Below are positions 23,339 to 32,765 of a stretch of DNA of 34,768 nucleotides, in pieces. The position numbers and the translations under genes are program-made. The stretch comes from Basidiobolus meristosporus CBS 931.73. Taxonomy: Eukaryota > Fungi > Basidiobolomycota. Each line of letters begins with the position of its first letter. Position 1 is the first letter of the stretch. The notes beneath the pieces are model-generated. The model ran no database searches. It was given only the letters and a program-made list of their open reading frames with translations, and was not told the DNA's origin. Location: positions 1 to 34,768 of the forward strand of contig MCFE01000799.1 of assembly GCA_002104905.1 (NCBI GenBank), read 5' to 3'.

Positions 23339-24431
23339 TCTCTCTTTTTCAAGCACTGGTCTGATATGTGTCCTTTCCCTTTGCAGTAGTTACAAAACAG
23401 GTTGCTACTGCCTTTGAAAGGTCTTGGGTATCTCCTTTGCTGGTTATCATTGCTTATTAAAGCTTTTTCTTCTTCCTTGTTATTGGTGATTGATTTTCTT
23501 ATTCTTCATCCAGGAGCCTTCCATATACAAAATTTACGGTCAAATCTTCAGTTCTGGACTCTAGGGCTGATACAAGGGCCTGAAACCTGTCTATCAGGCT
23601 ATTCAGGATGGTAACTATCACATCCTCATCAGTAGTTGGTATGCCCACAGATTCCATCTCATCCACCAGCAGAGTAGTTCTGTTAATTAGATTTTTCATT
23701 ACTTCTCCTGGCAGCATCTTTGTAGTAAAGAGTTTTTGTCTAAGATACATTTTCTTAGCAGCTGAACATGACTATTATGTGTTGTCTAATGCCTTCCAGG
23801 CATTCTTTGTTGTTTTTGCCCTTAGACATTGAATTAGCAATTTGTCTTTGACATTAAGGCAACTGCAGTTAAAGGCACTTTGTTCTTTTTTCTGGTACTT
23901 TAAGGATTCCTCTCCCATGTTTTTAGGAGGGCATTCTCTTCCCATGACAATATCCCAAGGGCCTCTTTCTTATAGAAGCATCTTTGTCTTCACCTTCCAC
24001 ACTTAGTAGTTAGATCCATCCTACTTTTCAGTGGAGGGAAGAATTCCAGTAATAGCACTAGTAGACATTGCAGAGAGTGAAAGCTTGGGGCTCATAACCT
24101 GTTGTAAGAGTTTTGGAGATATTAGAAGTGATTGGGAGAACAAGTAGATTATGTGGTTTTCACTTAATGATTTATTGAATGTAAAAGTAGTATTTATACT
24201 TTTACCTGGTCTTGGCATTACAAACATGTAGAATAGGTTAAGGAAGGTCCCAAGAACATGTGTGCAAAGTTTGGGGCTGTTAGGACAAATTTGAGAATTT
24301 TCATGTTCTGGGTAAATATTCTAAGTAAATCCCGACAAGGAATTTGGTCAGTATTCTCTAGGATTTGAAGGTAATGATATAGGTGACTAAGTTAGGTGAA
24401 TATTTAGGTGGAAATACAAATTTTTACAACA
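23339..24431 (-). mobile_element. Ty1/Copia copy 2: 5' LTR (24100-24431), PBS and gag; truncated after the zinc knuckle
   Basis: Colinear with 18280-19391. ORF 23499-23750 reads MYLRQKLFTTKM...RLLDEE. Stops are present. Confidence 0.92.
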
Positions 24432-24511
24432 GCTATTGCCTTTAAAAGATCTTGGGTATCTCCTTTGTTGGTTATCATTGCTTATTAAAGCTTTTTCTTC
24501 TTCCTGGTTAT
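24432..24511 (-). mobile_element. 80-bp Copia gag fragment between two LTRs
   Basis: Matches 23404-23483 (GCTACTGCCTTT...TTCTTCCTTGTTAT). Confidence 0.85.
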
Positions 24512-24843
24512 TGTTATAAGAGTCTTGGAGATATTGGGAGTGATTGGGAGGACAAGTAGATTATGTGGTATTCACTTAATGATTTATTGAATGTAAAAGT
24601 AGTATTTATACTTTTACATGGTCTTGGCATTACAAGCATGTAGAATAGGTTAAGGAAGGTTCCAAGAACATGTGTGCAAGGTTTTGGGCTGTTTGGACAA
24701 ATTATCTAATTTTCATGTTCTGGGTAAATATTCCAAGTAAATCCCAACAAGGAATTCCGTCAGTATTCTCTAGGATTTGAAGGTAATGATCTAAGTGACC
24801 AAGTTAGGTAAGTATTTAGGTGGAATTCCGAATTTTTGCAACA
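24512..24843 (-). repeat. Copia LTR (332 bp), no PBS or PPT adjacent
   Basis: Closely similar to 24100-24431, including a shared ~17-bp deletion relative to 19042-19391. Flanks GTTAT and GTAAG do not match. Confidence 0.9.
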
Positions 24844-25200
24844 GTAAGTATTTAGTCTACACCCACACTGTCCATATAGCATAAGACTCGGATTATTGCT
24901 AAGTTACGAGTTACCTGAGATTTAGCTTGCAATATATTAGATAATTCTTGAAGGAATGGAAGTTACCAGTATTTTCAACTTTTCCAAAGCCCCCAAACAC
25001 TACACAAACCTTCCTGGAATCTTACTTGAAGCATTCTTATCACTAGTCTTACAAATTTGAAAATCCTATTGATATCAAGCATTTGGGTAGTCATCACCCG
25101 GAATTATACTAGAGCACCTGTACTCTAGGCTACTCCGGAGTATGATGCCAAAGATGTAACCTTTGGATCAAGATAACAACGAAACCATTTGCTCACTACA
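24844..25200. repeat. Possible LTR remnant at the edge of the TE block
   Basis: Ends CTCACTACA (LTR-like CA end) and is AT-rich and non-coding. There is no second copy in the window. Confidence 0.3.
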
Positions 25201-25880
25201 TAAAGTCTAGAACTCACCACAGGCAGCAGCAATCAGTGAGCCCGATGCCCAACCCGTCCAACCTACAATAGCCAAATCGAAATCCGTGGAGGCATCAAGG
25301 AATCCAATCCCAGATATGCACTGGGACCTGGGCTTGGGCCCACCAATAGAGCTGGGGATCAAATGGAACGCTACCTGCGTAGAACCAACCAGAAAAGTCG
25401 GGAACGCTCCCCCAATCGTGGCGCTGGCGGGTCCAAATACGCGCTCTTTTTCCTGGAGAGGGTCCAGTGGAACCAATGCGTCCAGGTTACTTGTCGAATT
25501 CCATTTATGGAGCGATGACCAAGTGGCGCTCACCTCCCATTTCATTTGTCACACGACCTCAGCATTAAGCGAGGATACTCCGGGGAAGTCGGACCAAAGA
25601 GTTCTTTCAAAGCCACACATCCTCGCCGCTTCCATGATATGTTCGATGCGTTGGAATCCAAAAAATGGTGTTGCCGATGGTCGTACCCCGGCGCGCTGGT
25701 GGCACAAGTCAGATTGAATGTTTGGTGGGGATTACCATTGTTGGCCTCCGGTACCACGCTCAACTAGTGTGTGAGAAAATGCAAACATGGGTCAACGCAT
25801 ATGGACAACACCGACTGGTGGAGGGAAATGTTTATTCTATATAAAATATAGAGGATGATTTATATTACAGGCGTCTAGGC

Positions 25881-26789
25881 TTACATAAGCTCAACAATCT
25901 TCTTGACGAGGTTTTGCATGTCGTTGGATCTCATGTTACCAACGGCCAAGACCTCTTCGTGGTTGGGAGTTTCGACGTTGTCCTCAGGGGGAAGGGAGAA
26001 CTCGGGAGACTCCTCGTCGGCGGTTCTTTCTCTACGGGTGACGACAAAGTTGGTGACGAGAGAGAAACCGAGGACCTTCATGCCGCAATGTCTGGCGACG
26101 ACGACCTCGGGGACAGTGCTCATACCGATCACATCACCACCAAGGGCTCTCATCATACGAGCCTCGGCGGGGGATTCGTAGCTGGGGCCGGAGACGAAGC
26201 AGTAAACACCCTCTCTGATGTATTGGCGGATGTCCAATTCACGAGCGGCTCTGATGGCAAGGGAACGGAGCTCACGGGGATAAGCGTCGTTGACGGGAGG
26301 GAAACGGGGACCGAAGCTGGAAAGGTTGGCACCGATCAGTGGGTTGTTGCCAGCCATACCGGGGATGTTGATGTGGTCCTCGATGATCATGATGTCACCA
26401 ACCTTGCACTTCTCGTGGTTCAAGGAGCCGGCGGCGTTGGTAACGAAGAGAGTCTCGACACCCATGAGGCTCATGACACGGACGGGCAACACGGTGAGCT
26501 TGAGGAGGTGACCCTCGTAGAAGTGGAAACGGCCAACCATGCACACGGTAGGCTTTCCGGAAATCAAACCGAAGACAAGCTTGCCAGCGTGGCCAGCGAC
26601 GGTGCTGACTGGGAAACCGGGGATTTCTTCGTACTTGAACTCGACGGTGTTCTCCAAACTTCCGGCCAGACCACCCAAGCCGGATCCGCAGATCACACCT
26701 ACCTTGGGGTAGAGCTCGGCAGGAACGTTGGCCTTTAGGAAATCGGCAGCAAGGTAAATGTCATTATCGGTGTAGGTGTGGGCAGCCAT
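25881..26789 (-). CDS. PNP1: Purine nucleoside phosphorylase (trimeric, inosine/guanosine type), intronless, ~302 aa
   Basis: ICGSGLGG, GHAGKLVFG, GRFHFYEGH, TNAAG, GPSYESPAE, GMSTVPEV and SLVTN motifs. MAAHTY at 26789 is the likely start; an upstream in-frame ATG is at 26834. Confidence 0.96.
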   Translation of the reverse strand: MAAHTYTDNDIYLAADFLKANVPAELYPKVGVICGSGLGGLAGSLENTVEFKYEEIPGFPVSTVAGHAGKLVFGLISGKPTVCMVGRFHFYEGHLLKLTVLPVRVMSLMGVETLFVTNAAGSLNHEKCKVGDIMIIEDHINIPGMAGNNPLIGANLSSFGPRFPPVNDAYPRELRSLAIRAARELDIRQYIREGVYCFVSGPSYESPAEARMMRALGGDVIGMSTVPEVVVARHCGMKVLGFSLVTNFVVTRRERTADEESPEFSLPPEDNVETPNHEEVLAVGNMRSNDMQNLVKKIVELM

Positions 26790-27376
26790 GTTGTTCAGGG
26801 TTGATCGGGTGTGTTCTGGGAATCGCATCGTCACCAGCGGCCCTTATAAAGCCTTTGGGCCACCAGGTGTCCCGAGCCCTGATTTGACGAAATCCCATCA
26901 ATGGTGTGGCTTCACCATGTCAAAAATTATCGGCCACCCGCCAATCCATGGGCAGCGTTCTCTCCTGGGCAAGACAAAACATCGAATAAGGAAAAATCGC
27001 TTGGACAAGAATCCTGGATGAGACCGAAATTTCACTAACGACATATTGTGTTCGATTAATCTAACGCAACCTGGTACTCATTACGTGTTGGTGAGAGTTC
27101 CCAAATAAGGGAGTATTATGAGTTCTCAAATGATGCTGTGGCTCAGGCGAGCGAGCTTGTTACAAGCACATCTAGACAAGGATTTATGGAAACCGTAGGA
27201 CGAAACCCATTGGCTGTGGTCCGAAGCGGATCTGTAGGTCGATATGTGCTTAATTAATCGAACTTTCTCCACTGCCACCGATCCATGCCACGGACCTGAC
27301 CAAAAAGGCATCATTCAGGAAGACGATGGGTGGGATGCCAGATAGGCCATATATGTTGGTGATTTGGTTTTCTAGG

Positions 27377-27485
27377 ATTTGCTGAATGGGCGCCGATTTT
27401 GTTTCGTAGAATATTGCAAAACGTGGTCGGTGTATTTGCTGAATGGGCGCTGATTTTATTTCACTGAATATTGCAAAACGTGGTC
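27377..27485. repeat. Two-copy tandem duplication (57-bp period) downstream of the arrestin stop
   Basis: ATTTGCTGAATGGGCGC...GAATATTGCAAAACGTGGTC at 27377-27428 and 27434-27485. Confidence 0.9.
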
Positions 27486-27496
27486 AATGTGAATGC

Positions 27497-28734
27497 TCAG
27501 CGGTCGGCAGAGTACGGCGGTGCTGGTTCGTAGAGGGGCAGGGTGTCGACAGTTCTCCACCGCAGGCCGCCGCTGTTGTAGGTGCCTATGACGATGGGAA
27601 AGGTCATCTTGATCTTCTCCGAAGACTCCTCCTCGGACAGCTTGATCTGGATCTTCAGTTTGGACGAGATGGTCAGCAGGTCGGTCTTGGTGTTTGGGTT
27701 CACCAGGGATTGCAAGGGGAACAGCAAAGGAAGGTCCAAACGCAGGGTGTCCGGATCAAGGATCAAGAAAGAGCTGGCGGTGGCAGTGACGCGATTCTCG
27801 GTCATGATGTACCTGGTGGGGTGATTAGCACGCGAGCCGGGTTGATCCATGCGAGGAGAATTACCCTTTCGCCTCTCTGCAGATCTTCTGAAGGACGTAG
27901 AAGTAAACGGTGAGCGGGCCCTTCGGACGGGTATAATGGTTGATGTGCAACTCGATCGGCACCACATCGTCTGTCAATATTTTCAGTACAATTCTGCTGA
28001 GCATCTACCCATAGCATCTCCTACCAGGACAGAAGCCTCGTCTAGGAACCCGGATCATTGCTTCGATCACACCCGACGGGTTGTGCAGCTGCTTGTACTT
28101 CTCCATGGGCAGGTGGAGTTCAGGCACGTCCACGTCGATGCGCTCCCAGATCTTGACAGGGTGACTGGCCTTCAGCCTCTTGAGCCAGCCCTTTTTTAAA
28201 ATCACATGCAGTTGGTACTGGATCTGGGCCTTCGAATCCCCCTGTTACTGCAGGTTAGCTTGGATTTTAGCATGGGTTTCCCAATACTGCACGACTCGAG
28301 TGAATTTACCTCATAAGTGCTAGGTAATGTCATTAGTGGCAGTTGCATCTCAAATGGAAATCGGTGTTCACCTGCTGCCAAAATGGTGGATCGCAGTAGC
28401 ATCGCTTTCTTTTTGATCAATGTTTGGGTGCCTAGTAGCTCCCTTGAGACCGATGGTTAGGCTGGTTGTCGGGATTGCAGTGAGCGGCTGGCCAACTTAC
28501 GTGGAGAGCTCCTCGCTTTTGCATGCGGTTCGCACAATCCCCTCTAGCTCGAGGACTATGGAGCGTTTGATCGAGGATTTCTCTGTCAGGATGTTGACTA
28601 CGCCTGATTTGGGTAAGTACAAGAGGAGGGAACAGGTAGGAAACCGTCTCGTTACCAAGCACCACATCTCCAGGGTAATATTTTCTATCTGGCTCCAGCA
28701 AGGAGATGGCCAGTTCAGTGCCATCTATGGTCAT
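27497..28734 (-). CDS. Alpha-arrestin (ART/ARRDC-like), 6 exons
   Basis: Spliced in frame: exons 28734-28656, 28603-28501, 28442-28310, 28241-28025 and two more. YYPGDVVLG, GEHRFPFEMQLP...LPSTYEG...IQYQL, FPIVIGT and C-terminal LPLY/PPY motifs. Confidence 0.88.
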
Positions 28735-28878
28735 TCTATCTGGGAAATACCTGAGTTCAAAGCGACCCCTTGTCCTTATATAGCATGCCACGGGCTATTT
28801 CTGCACTTTGGAACATGGCCACGAGGCGCTTGATCATCCCTTACTTGGTGCATTAAGCTCCACCAAATTAACCATGCA

Positions 28879-29881
28879 TCAGGTAGGGGAAATCAAGTTC
28901 ATGATTGTGTCGGCTGCATTTTCCATGGCTCGTTTGATTGATTTTATCAGGCTTATTCGTGGGTTTATTGGCGATATTAAGGTTTGCTTGTTGATACATA
29001 TTGTGTGGTGACAGCGTCTGACGCTCACAAACTCGAGCTCCGTGCGTGGTGACTTAGCATCTGACGCTAACAAACTCGGTACTACCGCGGTCAAATGTCG
29101 ATTATGGCCACAGCCAGTATCTAGGCCAATGGCATACGGTAATTTTACAAGTACCATAGAGCACAGTCTTGGGGGCGTTCGAAGTAGATTGCATCGTGTT
29201 CCAAATAGTTGCCCATGGTGTACCTTCCTGGCTACTCTTGGCAGGGTGGCGATTAGGCAAAAGTCGTCGGATATTCATCACGTCGAATGGATTCTGTTGA
29301 TCTATGGGCATATATGGGTTCAAATCTGCATGAACCGCATATACTGAAAACTCCGGTACGTGGATAACGAGCGGGCAGCTTAGTAAATATTCATACAACT
29401 CTATCGATAAAATGCTGGGAGTAGGTTGAGCAAAGGTAGGCTGGGGTGAGAAAATCCCGCAAAAGGGCTACCTTGAAAGGCGTCTATGTTCGTTGCCACC
29501 GTGGTCGATATTGCATTTCCCTTTGCGGCGGTTTCTCCATCGAAGGACCAAATCTTCGTGATTTCCGCGAACGCACAGAGCGTTTATTTCTTTGGCTCTG
29601 GCGAGTGTCCCGACGGAGTCCGGTCCTTTTGTAACCATATCACCCAGCAATACCACTTAGTCCTCTGGCTTGAGCTTCAGCTGGCTGAGAAGCTTGTTGA
29701 ACGAGGTCAAGTGCCCACGAATGTCGCCAATAAAGATTAGTCGTCCCGTAGCATTATGGTGATACTCGAACACCTCAAGTCTTCGTTCAGGTGATAGATA
29801 TATGGCACTCAATAGAATAGTCAGGAAGACGGCCAGACCTATCAGCAATAGACGGCGTAGACTTGTTGAAAATTTTGACAT
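28879..29881 (-). pseudogene. Calcineurin-like metallophosphoesterase (Ppn2/ApaH-like) with N-terminal membrane anchor, pseudogenised
   Basis: GDIRG, LGDMVTKGPDS, VRGNHED, VHADL and GLDTGC motifs. In-frame TAA at 29657-29659; intron 29415-29471; frameshifting deletion near 29150. Confidence 0.88.
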
Positions 29882-30032
29882 GTTTCTTGAAAATTGGCCC
29901 TAATGGAAATTCCAGGTCATACTCCATGGGAGAAATTCCATCGTAGCCGACTTGTTGGAAAATATTGATCAACCATCAAATTTCTCGATACTGCGCTTTC
30001 GATGTCGGCTCAGGCTTGGTTCGCAACAGCAC

Positions 30033-31646
30033 ATGCAGTTTCTACGTCATTCTGCAAGTAGGACGCTGTCAGGTGTTTCGAAGGTTAGCATACGCTTTAT
30101 ATCCTGTGAGAGGAATGCTGGTCATCGTGTACGGCGAAAAGACCTACGGAGCTCTGAGCAAGATGTAGAATACGTTCTCAAGAATGGTACTCAATCTACG
30201 AGTAGTTGTAGCTAATAAATACTAATGCTCATTCAGGTCTGCGCCACGTCGAACCCTACTTTTTCACACACAAGACCTTTGCCAAAGAACGCTGGCTCGG
30301 TCGACCATTAGTGTCCGTACTCCAAACCGAATTCAAGGACAGACCAAGCGAATACTACGTAATTTTCCACATAAATGATAGATATCGGAGGAATATTTGA
30401 TTGAAGTCTTGTTCGTTAAAGCAAACGGCGGTGATGGAGGGCTGGGTTACCGTGAATGGAGTTAAAGTCTCACCGGACTATACGTTCAAGCCCCATGATA
30501 TATTGGCACACACTCTACATAGACACGAACCCCCAGTGACCAGTGACCATATCAAAATCATATATGAGGACGAGAATATGCTGGTTGTGGATAAACCAGC
30601 GAGTATTCCGGTGGGTCATACTCTCAATATGCTCCGATCCACACAAGCTAATGATTCTTCTAATTGTAGGTTCATCCTACTGGGAGGTAGTTCACATGCC
30701 CTCCATATTGTAAATCGATCACCAATACTCATTCTGCCATACAGATACCAGCACAACTCTATACTAAATATCTTGAAGCATGACCACGGCTATCAATCCC
30801 TCTTTCGTACGTCATGATTCTGCTGAATGCCACCACTCTATCGATACTGACTCCGCCACGTGTAGCGGCAAACCGTCTCGATCGACTCACATCGGGTATC
30901 TTAATCTTTGCCCGAACGAAGGAGAGCGCGCAGCTCATTGAGAAAGCCATGCGAGCAAGGGAAATTCAAAAACAATACGTATGTAGAGTATTGGGTGAAT
31001 TTCCGAGGTAGGCACCTCATCCCTCGAGCTACTTCAGACATGAGACTCAGTGTTTTCCTTAGGGAGGTCGTTTGTGATGAGAGGCTGCTGACGGTGTCGC
31101 ACAGGCTTGGACTAAATGTGGTTAGTCCCCAAGGAAAAGAGAGCACCACCGTGTTTGAACGACTCTTCTTTGATGGGGAAACAAGTATTGTACGATGTAA
31201 ATACCTCCAACACTGCTGAACCTGTGTATAATTCAGTGACCGAACCTTTGTCGCTAGGTAAGCCAGTTACCGGGCGAACTCATCAGATACGCGTACACCT
31301 TCAATACCTTGGCCATCCGATAGCAAACGATCCACTTTACGCGAACTCCAATGCTTGGGGGCCCGATCGTGGCAAAGGAAAAGTGTATGATGCTGCAGAG
31401 TGCGAAAGCGTGATTGAGGAGCTAGTGGCGCATGAATTCCTCAGTGGTGGCAAGGTGATGCCCGAGCGTGCTCTATGTCAAACATGTAATATTCCAACAT
31501 ACTATGACCCACAGCCGGGCCAGTTATGTATATGGCTTCATGCTATACAGTACGCTCTAAACAACTTTACCTTCCAAACCGATCTCCCACTGTGGGCCAG
31601 TCGAGATTACTCACCTGAAAAATACAGGCATCTGATCCAGTTTTAA
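30033..31646 (+). CDS. RluA-family pseudouridine synthase (Pus9/Rib2/RPUSD2-like), 7 exons, possible mitochondrial presequence
   Basis: LRHVEPYFF...AKERWLGR; [14 protein letters not shown]; NRLDRLTSG with catalytic Asp; [28 protein letters not shown]. All introns splice in frame. No C-terminal deaminase domain. Confidence 0.92.
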
Positions 31647-31928
31647 ACAATCTAACAATCCCCATCAGTTTTTAATGGCGGCTATCACCCTTTGTGGTAG
31701 AGTTTTGTGGCACCTGATATATAATTCTGAGACATGAAATTCCATAGAATAGTAGAATCCTGGTATAGTTGCATATTAAATCATACCATACAAGGCAGGA
31801 CTATGGATTTCAACAAGTGTACAACATTGGTCTCTCATCCCTGATGTTGCCTCGGGAAACCGAATCAGTGATCCCTCGAACGTATTTAAATGTGGCCCAG
31901 GAGGAACATCCTCATCACACTACTGACC

Positions 31929-32234
31929 ATGTCGAAGTTGGTATTTGCAATCATCCTTACTTTTGCATATGTTTTGTCCTTCGTCTCGGCGCTTCCCATG
32001 GCTGGCTTCTCAGGAACAAATTCCAATTCCTTCGTCACCCAGAGCGAATCTGAGGTTGGGCAGCCTATAGACGAATGGGATCTTGCTTCCGACTTCCAGC
32101 TTGCTGAGGACGATGCCCTGTTTGATACATGGCTGGCAGAAGATGAAGAAGAGGACTACGACCTTACTGTGACAAACAACTACGATGCATATCTTGACAT
32201 CGTAGAAGATGGCTCATTGTGGAGATATTTGTAA
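31929..32234 (+). CDS. Small secreted, highly acidic protein (101 aa), unknown function
   Basis: Signal-peptide-like MSKLVFAIILTFAYVLSFVSA|LP. The mature part is D/E- and aromatic-rich, with no Cys, no Lys and one Arg. Confidence 0.65.
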   Translation: MSKLVFAIILTFAYVLSFVSALPMAGFSGTNSNSFVTQSESEVGQPIDEWDLASDFQLAEDDALFDTWLAEDEEEDYDLTVTNNYDAYLDIVEDGSLWRYL

Positions 32235-32765
32235 TTATGCCCGCAATCTTAGTCGGTTTTGACAATCGATGGTTTCATTGCCTTGAACAACCCCAATACG
32301 TCTATCTTCTTTGTAGTGCTCCCCTCCCCATGTAAATCTCGTAAATATGAATATGCAACAATGGTATCTAGAAAATCTAAAAGTAAAGAAGCTTATCTCA
32401 TTTCGCTATGAAACTTATTCCACGCTCCTCTCCATTCTCTAAATTGATCTATACTCCAAGTGTCTCAACTCGCGGAAGGGTGACACCAATAAATTTGGTG
32501 GAACATACTCCTAGGGTTTGAAAAGGTTCAACTTTAACCCGACTAAGCATCCACTCTAGATTACGTAGGGTTGCCGATGGGATCATGCCTAAACTGGTGG
32601 TTATGTTATGCCCATTTCGCCCAGGATAATCACGAAGATGATGCCTAAAAAAAGCGCCTGTGAGATGTCGCGAATTTGAATACTGGGCTTGACCTGAGCT
32701 ACGGAGTACCTACCTTGCATTTCTGTTTATCCCACAAGGAGCGATTGTTCAACGTTAGATTCAGC

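Noticed and set aside
240-23832. Many short ORFs antisense to or overlapping TE remnants (e.g. 240-542, 3463-3675, 8578-8892, 18538-18720, 21271-21684, 23608-23832)
   Set aside because: They are shadow frames of recognisable transposase, gag or pol sequence and recur only because the TE is repeated.
25903-26738. Long plus-strand ORFs antisense to PNP (e.g. 25914-26738, 274 aa)
   Set aside because: They mirror the codon-biased PNP gene and show no independent protein features.
27126-27314. 62-aa ORF between PNP and arrestin
   Set aside because: Short, with no recognisable motif or splice structure.
32500-32720. Possible structured ncRNA upstream of PPIL2
   Set aside because: No convincing C/D or H/ACA boxes or stem; more simply promoter sequence.
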